Of a stretch of DNA of 64,000 nt, positions 9,684 to 18,502 are shown in pieces (the first letter of the stretch is position 1; each line of letters opens with the position of its first letter). The position numbers and the translations under genes were made by a program. The DNA is from Mycobacteriales bacterium (GTDB taxonomy: Bacteria; Actinomycetota; Actinomycetes; JAFAQI01). Where the stretch lies: positions 3,546 through 67,545 of the forward strand of contig DATAVE010000064.1 in NCBI GenBank assembly GCA_036267875.1, read 5' to 3'. The notes beneath the pieces are model-generated. The model was not told where the DNA came from. It searched no databases and saw only the letters and a list, made by a program, of their open reading frames with translations.

Positions 9684-10231
9684 AGATCGACTCCCATGAT
9701 CGCGTAGACCTCGGCGCTCCCCGGGAAGTTGAATCCGCACAGCAGGTCGACGAAGCCGCACGACCGGTAGAGCTGGCGCGCAGGGGTTTCGGAGTCGGGC
9801 GTCGAGAGCACCGCCTGTCGAGCCCGGGTCTGGCTCAGCACGTCGGTCAGCAGCTGACGGCCGATGCCGCTGCCCTGATGGCCGGGCTGGACGTGAAGCT
9901 CGGCGAGCTCGAAGCCGTCCCGCAGCCATCGCTTTGCGGCTTCACGACCGAGCGCGTGCGCGACGGTGTCGTACCACCACTGTCCGCCGGCGCCCAGATA
10001 GCCGTAGCCGAAGCCGACCAGCTCGCCGTCGAGGACGTCGTCGGAGTCAGCTGCACCGCCGTCGAACGCTGCTGTGCAGACGAACCCCGGGTTGCCGGCG
10101 TGCTCGGAGATGATCTCGCGCCGCTGTATGACGACCTCGGGGGAGCGGCGCATTGCCGCGCCATAGACCGACGCCGCAGGCCCAGCGACGGCGCGAAACT
10201 GGCCGCCGTCGAGTCGGCTCACGCGGGTCAT
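9680..10231 (-). CDS. GNAT family N-acetyltransferase
   Basis: 183 aa with acetyl-CoA binding motif (HVQPGHQGSGIGRQLL). Overlapping start/stop codons with ybaK upstream and the oxidoreductase downstream. Confidence 0.75.
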   Translation of the reverse strand: MTRVSRLDGGQFRAVAGPAASVYGAAMRRSPEVVIQRREIISEHAGNPGFVCTAAFDGGAADSDDVLDGELVGFGYGYLGAGGQWWYDTVAHALGREAAKRWLRDGFELAELHVQPGHQGSGIGRQLLTDVLSQTRARQAVLSTPDSETPARQLYRSCGFVDLLCGFNFPGSAEVYAIMGVDL

Positions 10232-10707
10232 GACCGCGCGACTTCTGCCGGTGTGCCGCCCGAGACCCGGACCAGCTCGTCGTAAGACGTGGGGAACACC
10301 GCGTGCGGCGTCCCTGCTGCGGCCCAGACGATCTCGAAGTCGCCGAGATGCTCATCGACCACGGTGGCCAGCGGCGCGGGATGTCCGACCGGCGCGACTC
10401 CGCCGATGGGGAAGCCGGTCGCCTCGCGGACCAGGTCGGCGTCGGCGCGCTTGACGGTGCCGACCCCGAGGACCGTCGCGACCTTGGCGGTGTCGACCTG
10501 GTGGTCACCACTTGCCAGGACCAGGATCGGCTGGCCATCGGCGGCGAAGACCAGGGACTTGACGATGGCACCGACCGGTACGCCAAGCGCGTCGGCGGCC
10601 TCGACCGCGGTGCGGGCCGAGTCGGCAAGCTCCTGGATTCGGTCAGCTGCGCCGTTGGCTTCGGCAGCTCGCAGGGCGGCGGCTACCCGCTCGGCATTCG
10701 CGTGCAC
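10228..10707 (-). CDS. ybaK: YbaK/ProX-type aminoacyl-tRNA deacylase domain protein
   Basis: C-terminal 159 aa of ORF 10228..11028 (…LGVPVGAIVKSLVF…GFPIGGVAPVGH…). Start trimmed to GTG 10707 just downstream of the divergent promoter. Confidence 0.65.
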   Translation of the reverse strand: MHANAERVAAALRAAEANGAADRIQELADSARTAVEAADALGVPVGAIVKSLVFAADGQPILVLASGDHQVDTAKVATVLGVGTVKRADADLVREATGFPIGGVAPVGHPAPLATVVDEHLGDFEIVWAAAGTPHAVFPTSYDELVRVSGGTPAEVARS

Positions 10708-10739
10708 CTTTCGGACCTTAGAACACGCCGAGTGAATGC

Positions 10740-10768
10740 TTGACGAGACAGGTATTCGAACATATGTT
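10740..10768 (+). promoter_or_regulatory. Sigma-A-like promoter for the HEPN-dinB operon (-35 TTGACG 10740-10745, 17-nt spacer, -10 TATGTT 10763-10768)
   Basis: Hexamers read directly from the sequence. It lies in an AT-richer 88-nt divergent intergenic region, with an AGGAGG RBS 7 nt before ATG 10795. Confidence 0.5.
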
Positions 10769-10771
10769 CGA
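10756..10771. promoter_or_regulatory. LexA SOS box (actinobacterial consensus TCGAAC-N4-GTTCGA)
   Basis: Perfect 16-bp palindrome TCGAACATATGTTCGA overlapping the spacer and -10 of the promoter above. Confidence 0.75.
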
Positions 10772-10794
10772 TACCTGAGCCAGGAGGTGGCGCG

Positions 10795-11310
10795 ATGACC
10801 CAGGCAGTGCTGGACAGGCCAGCTGAGGTGCGGCGCTCGGTAGCAGTCTTGCCGCAGCGAACGACAGTTCCGGCGTCGGCGTTGCGGCTGGTCGTGGCTG
10901 CCCGGCGTGCCCTTGGCGAGTCCGAGCAGGCGACCGATGTCGGCGAGCGCTACGCCGCGGCGCATCTCGCTGCGCTTCGCGCCGCCGCGGCCATCCTCGC
11001 GGCCGATGCTCGCCCGGAGTCGGAGCACCCGCTGCGACGCGGTCGACCGACCAGCGTCTGGACGCTGCTCCAGCGAGTCGCGCCGGAGCTCGCTGAGTGG
11101 GCCGCCTTCTTCGCTGCGGGTGCCGATCGACGGATTGCGGCTCAGGCCGGCTTGCGCGGTGCGGTCAGCCCGCGACAGGCCGATGACTTGCTGCGCGACT
11201 CGGGCCTGTTCCTCGATCTCGTTGCGGCGCGACTTGGCATGCCAGCCGTCGGTCAGGCAATGCTGCCGCTCGGCATGTCACCGGTCTACCCCGTCGGCGG
11301 CAACGCCTAG
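10795..11310 (+). CDS. SAV_6107-family HEPN domain protein
   Basis: 171 aa, alanine-rich helical protein recognised as the NCBI family 'SAV_6107 family HEPN domain-containing protein'. Strong RBS. It is followed after 63 nt by dinB. Confidence 0.6.
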   Translation: MTQAVLDRPAEVRRSVAVLPQRTTVPASALRLVVAARRALGESEQATDVGERYAAAHLAALRAAAAILAADARPESEHPLRRGRPTSVWTLLQRVAPELAEWAAFFAAGADRRIAAQAGLRGAVSPRQADDLLRDSGLFLDLVAARLGMPAVGQAMLPLGMSPVYPVGGNA

Positions 11311-11373
11311 CGTTGCATTGGTAGGGCCGGCGCAGCCGGCACCGCTAATCGGTGGTGGCGGGGCGGAGGACGT

Positions 11374-12603
11374 GTGAGCAGGCGCCAGCTCGAGCGTGGC
11401 GCTCGGCCGATTGACCTGCCGGGTGACGACACCGGCTGCACGATCCTGCACGCCGACATGGACGCGTTCTATGCCAGCGTCGAGCTTCGCCGTCACCCCG
11501 ATCTCGTCGGGAAGCCGGTCGTCGTTGGCCACCCGAGCGGCCGGGCGGTCGTGCTGGCGGCCACGTACGAGGCTCGCGAGTTCGGGATCCACAGCGCGAT
11601 GCCGATGGCGCAGGCGGTGCGCCGCTGTGCCGGCCTGGTCGTCGTACCGCCCGATCATGCGGCGTACGGCGACGCCTCTCGCGCGGTCATGGCGATCTTC
11701 CGGTCGGTGACCCCGGAGGTTGAGCCACTGTCGCTCGACGAGGCGTTTCTTGACGTGTCCGGGGCCATCAGGCGGCTCGGGAGTGCGCGCCAGATCGCCG
11801 TCGACATCCGCACCCGGATCGCTGAACAAGAGCGCCTGCCGTGTTCGATCGGAGTCGCGAGCACGAAGTTCGTCGCCAAGCTCGCATCATCGCGTGCCAA
11901 GCCCGACGGACTGCTGGTGGTGCCACGCGAATCGGTGCTCGCGTTCCTTCATCCGTTGCCGATCGGGGCGCTGTGGGGAGTTGGTGAGAAGACCGAAGCC
12001 GCGCTGACCCAGATCGGGCTGCGGACGATCGGCGAGCTCGCCGCGACCCCGGTCTCGACGCTCGTGCACACGCTCGGGAAGGCTGCCGGCGCACACCTGC
12101 ACTCGCTTGCCAACGGCCAGGATCCACGGCCCGTCGTACCCAACGAGCCCGACCGGAGCATCGGTGCAGAGGAGACCTTCGCGCAGGACATCGATGATCA
12201 CGACGGCATCCTGCGCGAGCTGCTTCGGCTCTCGGAGCGCTGCGCGGAGCGTTGCCGGGCGAGCGGCCAGGTGGGGCGCACGATCGCGATCAAGGTGCGC
12301 TTTTCCGACTTCCGCACGATCAGCCGGTCGCGCACCCTCACCGAGCCGACTGACGTCGCCCGGACGATCTACGAGACCGCCGTCCAGCTCTACGACGCGC
12401 TCGGCATCGAGGGCACCCCGTTGCGCCTCGTGGGCGTCCGGTTGGAAGGCATCGCGAGAGCCGCGGACGTCCCGCAGCAGCTCACCTTGAGCGGTGACGA
12501 CGAGGAGTGGCGCGCCGCCGAGCAGGCGGTGGATCGGGTCGCCGCGAAGTTCGGGAGGGATGCAGTTCGACCCGCCGCATTGGTCAAACGAAAGGCCGAA
12601 TGA
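11374..12603 (+). CDS. dinB: DNA polymerase IV (Y-family, DinB)
   Basis: ...ILHADMDAFYASVELRRHPDL...VVVG...EARE.GIHSAMP... UmuC/DinB motifs, 409 aa. Confidence 0.9.
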   Translation: MSRRQLERGARPIDLPGDDTGCTILHADMDAFYASVELRRHPDLVGKPVVVGHPSGRAVVLAATYEAREFGIHSAMPMAQAVRRCAGLVVVPPDHAAYGDASRAVMAIFRSVTPEVEPLSLDEAFLDVSGAIRRLGSARQIAVDIRTRIAEQERLPCSIGVASTKFVAKLASSRAKPDGLLVVPRESVLAFLHPLPIGALWGVGEKTEAALTQIGLRTIGELAATPVSTLVHTLGKAAGAHLHSLANGQDPRPVVPNEPDRSIGAEETFAQDIDDHDGILRELLRLSERCAERCRASGQVGRTIAIKVRFSDFRTISRSRTLTEPTDVARTIYETAVQLYDALGIEGTPLRLVGVRLEGIARAADVPQQLTLSGDDEEWRAAEQAVDRVAAKFGRDAVRPAALVKRKAE

Positions 12604-12694
12604 GCCGATCTGGGGCCCGGTACGAAGGTCTGTTGGGCGAGCACCCCGCTGCGCCCGTATCCTTAAGGCTGTCCGAGGCGTCCGAGGAGGCGTC

Positions 12695-13120
12695 GTGCCG
12701 CTCTCCGATCACGAGCAGCGTCTGCTCGAGCAGATCGAGCAAGCGCTGTATGACGAAGATCCGAAGTTCGCGCGCCTCTACCAGACCACCGATGTCCGCA
12801 GTCACTATCGGCGTCGGCTGATCAGAGCTGCGATCGGCGTGGTCTTCGGTCTCGCCATGCTCCTGGCCGCCGTCATCGTGCCGTTGATCCCGCTCGGCGT
12901 CGCGGCCTTCCTGGTGATGCTGGCCAGCGCGTCGTACGGCATCGCGTCATGGCAGCGGATGGTCGGTCAGCGCATTGGAAGGTCCGCCGACCAGCCTGGC
13001 CCGGCTCGCCGGTCACGTCGTACCAAGACGCGGGGTAGCAAGGTCCAGGGCGGCGATGGCCAGTCGTTGCTGCAGCGGCTCGAGGAGCGCTGGCAGCGCC
13101 GCCAGGACGGCGACCGTTAG
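12695..13120 (+). CDS. DUF3040 domain membrane protein (Rv2169c-like)
   Basis: VPLSDHEQRLLEQIEQALYDEDPKF signature followed by 2 transmembrane helices. GTG start with a GAGGAGG RBS. Confidence 0.7.
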   Translation: MPLSDHEQRLLEQIEQALYDEDPKFARLYQTTDVRSHYRRRLIRAAIGVVFGLAMLLAAVIVPLIPLGVAAFLVMLASASYGIASWQRMVGQRIGRSADQPGPARRSRRTKTRGSKVQGGDGQSLLQRLEERWQRRQDGDR

Positions 13121-15418
13121 TTAGCTGACCCTGCCCGTAAGGGATCGGATCGTCGAGGGCGGAAGCAATGCCGAGCGGATCCAGCGGCTAGTTGATGCCT
13201 GTCGCCGCATCGCCGTCCGAAGTACGCGCAAATCCGCGGCCAGGGTCGCCGAGAACGGACCCGGATCGGCGGCGTATCGCTCCCGTTCCTCGGCCCGGGC
13301 GAGCCGGATCAGTGCAGCGTGCACGCTCGAGTCCGTCGGGCTGGCCTGGACGTTGGTGAACCAACCGTTCAGGGCGGTAGCCACCTGCCGAGGCGACGTG
13401 CCCTCCGTCCAGGGTGCACCGACGTCGATCGCACTGTCGCGCAGCTCGGCCCACGCGGCCGGCACGGAATGCTTGCCGTGGATCAGCAGGGCGCGTCGAC
13501 GACGGATGACCTGCCGCGCTGTTGCTGGCGTGATCCCCGCGAGCACGACCAGTCCAGCGAGGATCAGAAGAAGGGTCGACACGACGCCAGAGCCGGAGGT
13601 GTTGGTCGAGCCCGTGGACTTGCTGCCACCCCCTCCACCGCCGAGCTGGTGGTTGCCGGCCCCGGACGGCAACTTGGTCGGCGTCGGGTTCGCAGTCGTG
13701 TTCCCGGCGCCGTCGTCGGGGCCGCCGTTCGTGTTCGGCGCCGCCCGCGCGTACGACGGTGCGACGGCTTGGCCGTCGCCGCGAGGCGTCGGCTCGAACG
13801 GCAGCCACCCGTAGTCGGGGAAGTACAGCTCAGGCCAGGCATGCGCGTCGTGCGTCGTGACCAAGTAGCTGCCGTCCGGCTGCTGGGCGCCTGCAGTAAA
13901 GCCGACGGCGACTCGCGACGGGATACCGGCGAGGCGGGCCATGACCGCCATGGCAGTGGCGAACTGCTGGCAAAAGCCGGTGCGGCTGTGCAGCAGGAAG
14001 AAGGTGAGCGGATCCGTCCCAGCCGGAGCGGCCGGCGGCTCCGGGTTGTAGCTGAACAAGCTGCTGGTCAGATATCGCTGGATGTCCAACGCCGCGTCGT
14101 AGCTGCTGTTTGCGCCGTTGATGATCTGCTGAGTCAGCGTGCGGACCTGAGGGTCGATCCGGGAGTGGGCAAGGTCGTCCGCCATCGTCGCGGCGACCGT
14201 CCGTGGCTCCTGCGCCAGCTCAGACGGGGTCGGCAGGTTCGGCGAGCTGACGACGGTGTAACTCAGACCTTGGGTCGTGTCACTGGCTGAGAAGGCGGTC
14301 GCCGTCGTCGGGTCGTAGCGCCAGTCCCCAGGCACCGTGACCGACAGTGTGGTCGCCGGCATCGGGAGCCACCGGAATGCGTCCTGGTCGCGAACGGTGA
14401 TCGATGTCGTGATCCGTTGAGTGGAGGACGGCAGCACGCCGAGTCCATTTGTCACCCGCGCACTGACCGGCGCGTTGAGGGCCGAGGCGGTGAACGATCC
14501 TTCAGACAGGTTGTCGAGCGAGGTCATCCGCAGATAGCCAGGCGTCGACGTCGAGGTGCGATAGGACAACACCGGCGCGTCCACACTGCTCTCGAGATCG
14601 TGGTCGACCGACACGATCGGGTCGATCGTCGTGACGCTGCCGCCGCCATCGCCCGATCCGCCGTTGCCGTGGCCATGGAATCCGGAATGGACGCCGGGGA
14701 TGATCAGGGGTACGACCACGCTGATGCTGATCGCAGCTACCCCGATCCGGCTGCCCAGTGAAGCCGTCGCCGCCGGTAGGTATTCGCCAGCCGTGCGAGG
14801 GGCCGTCGGCCGTCCTTGGCCGCTTGCACCGGTCGCCGTGCCCCAGCGGTTGACGCGCTCCCGGCTGTCGACGTAGAGCAGCACCAGGAAGCCGAACCCG
14901 GCGGCGATGAAGCCGAACGCGTTGACTCCGCGGTGGCTCGACGCCGCGCAGAGCGTGTACAGCGCCAGCAGCGGCAGGCCGGCAAGCGCCGCCCGCCGAA
15001 CGGTGACCGTGAGCAGGTCGACCAGCAGTGCGACAACCGCGACGCCGATCACCGTGATCAGGACCAACCCGTCGTGGGTCGGCACCGGCGCTGGCAGCTT
15101 GTGGATGTCGGTGAAACCGTTGCGTGCCAATGTGTCGAGCCGGCTGAGCGCGGCGCCGTTCGGTATCACGCCAGCGACAGCCTGCTGCGAAGCAAAGCGC
15201 CAGGTGACCCACAACGTCACGACGATCGCGGCGACAAGCGGCTCGAACAGCGAAGGAAGCGGACTCCATCGCACTGCCGCGCAGGATGCGCTGACGAGGA
15301 CCACGGCACCGATGACGGGCAGCGCCCAGCCGTTCGAGGCGAAGACGGCCGCGAGTGACGCGCAGGTCGCGACAGTGGCGATCATCGAGGCGAGGGTCAG
15401 TCGTAGCCGCCCGCTCAT
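13121..15418 (-). CDS. Transglutaminase-like domain membrane protein (TgpA/DUF3488 type)
   Basis: ...GFCQQFATAMAVMARLAGIPSRVAVGF...HAWPELYFPDYGWLPFEPTP catalytic Cys-His-Asp core with an N-terminal polytopic membrane domain. Start set at the ATG overlapping the DUF58 stop. Confidence 0.8.
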   Translation of the reverse strand: MSGRLRLTLASMIATVATCASLAAVFASNGWALPVIGAVVLVSASCAAVRWSPLPSLFEPLVAAIVVTLWVTWRFASQQAVAGVIPNGAALSRLDTLARNGFTDIHKLPAPVPTHDGLVLITVIGVAVVALLVDLLTVTVRRAALAGLPLLALYTLCAASSHRGVNAFGFIAAGFGFLVLLYVDSRERVNRWGTATGASGQGRPTAPRTAGEYLPAATASLGSRIGVAAISISVVVPLIIPGVHSGFHGHGNGGSGDGGGSVTTIDPIVSVDHDLESSVDAPVLSYRTSTSTPGYLRMTSLDNLSEGSFTASALNAPVSARVTNGLGVLPSSTQRITTSITVRDQDAFRWLPMPATTLSVTVPGDWRYDPTTATAFSASDTTQGLSYTVVSSPNLPTPSELAQEPRTVAATMADDLAHSRIDPQVRTLTQQIINGANSSYDAALDIQRYLTSSLFSYNPEPPAAPAGTDPLTFFLLHSRTGFCQQFATAMAVMARLAGIPSRVAVGFTAGAQQPDGSYLVTTHDAHAWPELYFPDYGWLPFEPTPRGDGQAVAPSYARAAPNTNGGPDDGAGNTTANPTPTKLPSGAGNHQLGGGGGGSKSTGSTNTSGSGVVSTLLLILAGLVVLAGITPATARQVIRRRRALLIHGKHSVPAAWAELRDSAIDVGAPWTEGTSPRQVATALNGWFTNVQASPTDSSVHAALIRLARAEERERYAADPGPFSATLAADLRVLRTAMRRQASTSRWIRSALLPPSTIRSLTGRVS

Positions 15419-16707
15419 CAGGCGGCTCCCAACGGAGTCGGCCGAGCCGCTCCGGAGGAACGGGCACCGAGACCGGCCCAGACGTTCGACAGCGACTCGC
15501 CGCGCCGGATCTCGACCACCTGCCAACCCGCGCCGGTGAGCATTGGGATCACCCGCGCGCGATCGGTCCCGGTCGACGTCGTCGTCGCACTCCAGCTGTC
15601 GGTGTCGAGCAGCAGGGCTACGCCTGTCGACCGGTTGGTCGTGCGCAGCCGCACGAGCCGGTCGGCATCATCAGGTCCGATCGCGCCGAGGATCGCGACG
15701 ATCAGGCCCTGTCCGCCGGTGCGCTGAGCTGCCTCGACGCCGGTGTGAAGTCCGGTGCCGTTCGACGGGGTAAGCGCCGCGAGCACGTCGAGCAATGCGC
15801 CGTCGAAGCCGACACCGCCAAGGGCAGCCGACGACACCTCTCCGCCGCTGTCCGTCACGAGCCGGACGTCGAAGCCACGATGGGCGAGGTGCAGGCCGAT
15901 CGAGGCAGCCGCCGAGATTGCCCATTCGACCGAGGAGGCAGGGCCTTCGCCGCGGTGTGCGATCAGCCGGGAGTCGAGCAGCACAGCCGCGCGACTCTCC
16001 CAAGGTTGCTCCTCGCGACGGACGGTGAGCTCGCCCCGGCGAGCCGTCGTACGCCAATGAATGCGTCGTAGGTCGTCGCCTTGCCGGTACTCGCGGGTGG
16101 CGACGTCGTCGTCGCCGTGCGTTGCGACGGCCCGACTCGTGCTCTGACCGGCGCCACCCCACTCACCCCGCAGCATGGCGTCGGGAAGTGCCTCGACCCG
16201 CGGGGTGACGACCAAGGTGTCGACCGCCGTGAAGGCACGCGGCAGCTCACACATTCCAAACGGGTCGAGCAGGCGAACGGTCAGCGGTCCTACGCGATAG
16301 CGGCCACGGGTTTCACCGCTCAGGTGGTAGCCAACCTCGATGGGTCGCCGTGGCGCGAGTCGTTCGATCACGACGCGCGGTCGGCCGCCGAGCAGGTACG
16401 GAATCGTGTCCTCGACCAAGAGCAGTCCGGTTGGCAGCCGCGACACGTTCTCGACACGCAGCACGGTGCGCGCCTGCGTCCCGGCAGTGATCCGGGCCGG
16501 CTCGAGGCGGCGCGAGCAACTCAACCGGAAACGGGTTCGCACGACCAGCGCCACCGAGATCAGTGGCAGACACAGCAGGAGTACGCCGAGCCGCAGCAGA
16601 TCCGCATTGTGCAACCCGAGTCCCACGATGGCCGAGCTCAGGCCGGCGGCGAGAGTGCAGCGGCCGCGCACCGTCAACGACCGCAATGCCAGCCGTACCG
16701 ATTTCAC
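15418..16707 (-). CDS. DUF58 domain protein (MoxR partner)
   Basis: 429 aa containing the ...REYRQGDDLRRIHW... DUF58 signature, immediately downstream of the moxR ATPase. Confidence 0.8.
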   Translation of the reverse strand: MKSVRLALRSLTVRGRCTLAAGLSSAIVGLGLHNADLLRLGVLLLCLPLISVALVVRTRFRLSCSRRLEPARITAGTQARTVLRVENVSRLPTGLLLVEDTIPYLLGGRPRVVIERLAPRRPIEVGYHLSGETRGRYRVGPLTVRLLDPFGMCELPRAFTAVDTLVVTPRVEALPDAMLRGEWGGAGQSTSRAVATHGDDDVATREYRQGDDLRRIHWRTTARRGELTVRREEQPWESRAAVLLDSRLIAHRGEGPASSVEWAISAAASIGLHLAHRGFDVRLVTDSGGEVSSAALGGVGFDGALLDVLAALTPSNGTGLHTGVEAAQRTGGQGLIVAILGAIGPDDADRLVRLRTTNRSTGVALLLDTDSWSATTTSTGTDRARVIPMLTGAGWQVVEIRRGESLSNVWAGLGARSSGAARPTPLGAA

Positions 16708-16738
16708 CTTTGCCCCCCGCCGCTGAGTGGCGGGCGAG

Positions 16739-17755
16739 TCATGCTGGTCGGCGGGTGGAGGCAGCCGGCACGGGGACCGACGCGACGATGTCGTTGAGCA
16801 CGGTCGTCACCGGACGGCGGGCGATATGAGCGTCGGCCGACAGCAGCAGGCGATGCGCCAGCACCGGCTGGGCGAGCGCCTGCAGGTCATCTGGCAGCAC
16901 GTAGTCGCGCTCGTCGAGCGCCGCGACCGCGCGACCCGCCCTGAGTAGGTGCAGCGTGGCGCGCGGTGAAGCGCCGAGCCGCAGGTCGGGATGCTTGCGG
17001 GTGGCGGTGACGAGGTCGACGGCATAGCTCCGGACGCTGTCCGCGACGTGGATCTGCCGTACGCCTTCGATGAGCTGTGCGACCTCGCGGTCATCCGAGA
17101 CCGGCTGCAGATCGTCGAGCGGCGAACCTGCGCCGTGCGTGTCGAGCATTGCGAGCTCAGCCTCGGGCGCCGGATATCCCAAGGCGAGTCGCGCCGTGAA
17201 GCGGTCGCGCTGAGCCTCCGGAAGGGGGTAGGTGCCTTCCATCTCGATCGGGTTCTGGGTGGCCACGACCATGAACGGCGTTTCGAGCCCGTAGGTGACG
17301 CCGTCGACGGTGACTTGGTGCTCTTCCATGCACTCCAGCAGCGCTGACTGGGTCTTGGGAGATGCCCGGTTGATCTCGTCGCCGACCACGACGTTCGCGA
17401 AGATCGCGCCCGGCTTGAACTCGAACTCGCGCGTGTTCTGGTTGTAGACCGACACGCCGGTGATGTCGCTGGGCAGCAGGTCGGGGGTGAACTGCACCCG
17501 GCGTACCGAGCAGTCGATGGCCTTGCCGAGCGCTTTGGCCAGCATCGTCTTGCCGACACCCGGAACGTCCTCGATCAACAGGTGTCCCTCAGCCAGCAGC
17601 ACCGCCACTGCGAGGTGAACCTCGTTGGTCTTGCCCTCGATGACGCGGTCCACCGCATCGGCGATCCGCAGTCCGGCAGCCGAGATCTCACGCGCGGTCG
17701 GCGTGTAGGTGGCGTTTCGAGCGCTCACTCGGCTGCTGGGACGGCTCGAGGCCAT
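16739..17755 (-). CDS. moxR: MoxR-family AAA+ ATPase
   Basis: 338 aa, Walker A GHLLIEDVPGVGKT, MoxR length and motifs. Confidence 0.85.
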   Translation of the reverse strand: MASSRPSSRVSARNATYTPTAREISAAGLRIADAVDRVIEGKTNEVHLAVAVLLAEGHLLIEDVPGVGKTMLAKALGKAIDCSVRRVQFTPDLLPSDITGVSVYNQNTREFEFKPGAIFANVVVGDEINRASPKTQSALLECMEEHQVTVDGVTYGLETPFMVVATQNPIEMEGTYPLPEAQRDRFTARLALGYPAPEAELAMLDTHGAGSPLDDLQPVSDDREVAQLIEGVRQIHVADSVRSYAVDLVTATRKHPDLRLGASPRATLHLLRAGRAVAALDERDYVLPDDLQALAQPVLAHRLLLSADAHIARRPVTTVLNDIVASVPVPAASTRRPA

Positions 17756-17806
17756 GAATCCGAGTCTGCCACAGCCCTCGAGTGGAGCGAATTGCCGCCG
17801 ATGTGG

Positions 17807-17834
17807 TTGACAGAGGAGTGAAGTGGAGTAAGTT
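17807..17834 (+). promoter_or_regulatory. Putative Pmra promoter (-35 TTGACA, 16-nt spacer, -10 TAAGTT) embedded in AGTGGAG direct repeats
   Basis: Consensus -35 and a TANNNT -10 read from the sequence. AGTGG(A/G)G repeats at ~17781, 17822 and 17854. Confidence 0.4.
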
Positions 17835-17904
17835 GGCGCGTCATGGGGAGCGGAGTGGGGCGGAAGCCCGATTCGCGAGCCGGAGCTCGTAAGGGAGGTG
17901 GAGC

Positions 17905-18336
17905 GTGTTTCTTGGCACCTTCACGCCTCGCCTTGACGAGAAAGGCCGGCTGTTCCTGCCCGCCAAGTTCCGCGACGAGCTCGCGGCAGGCCTCGTGATC
18001 ACCCCCGGCCAGGAACGCTGCCTGCGCGTGTTCCCGATGGCGGAGTTCGCCCGGGTCACCGAGGTCGCCCGAGAGGCGCCGACAGCACTGCGCGAGACCC
18101 GCGACTTCCACCGAATGGCATTCGGTGACGCTCACGACGAGGTACCGGACCGGCAGGGCCGCGTCACCGTGCCGCCCGCCCTGCGCGAGTACGCCGGGCT
18201 GACCCGCGACTGTGCGGTCGTCGGGCTCAACAGCTACCTCGAGATCTGGGACGACGCAGCGTGGCGGGAGTACAAGGCCAGCCAGGCCGACGGCTATGCC
18301 TCGCTGTCCGAGCAGGGGGTGCCAGGCCTGTTCTAG
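17905..18336 (+). CDS. mraZ: Transcriptional regulator MraZ
   Basis: 143 aa with a duplicated SpoVT/AbrB-like MraZ fold ([23 protein letters not shown]...). GTG start with a GGGAGGTGGAG RBS. Confidence 0.9.
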   Translation: MFLGTFTPRLDEKGRLFLPAKFRDELAAGLVITPGQERCLRVFPMAEFARVTEVAREAPTALRETRDFHRMAFGDAHDEVPDRQGRVTVPPALREYAGLTRDCAVVGLNSYLEIWDDAAWREYKASQADGYASLSEQGVPGLF

Positions 18337-18502
18337 AGGCCCAGTGAGCAGAGCCGCTTCTAGCGAACGTGCAGGTGTGTGTCGTGGCCCCTGCCGACGT
18401 CCCCTGAGATCACTTCCCCGGTCTCAGGCGTCGGCGGCAGGGACCAGGCCACACACCAGGTTCAGATTCCAAATCCCAGCGAGAGCAGCCCGAAAGGACG
18501 TC

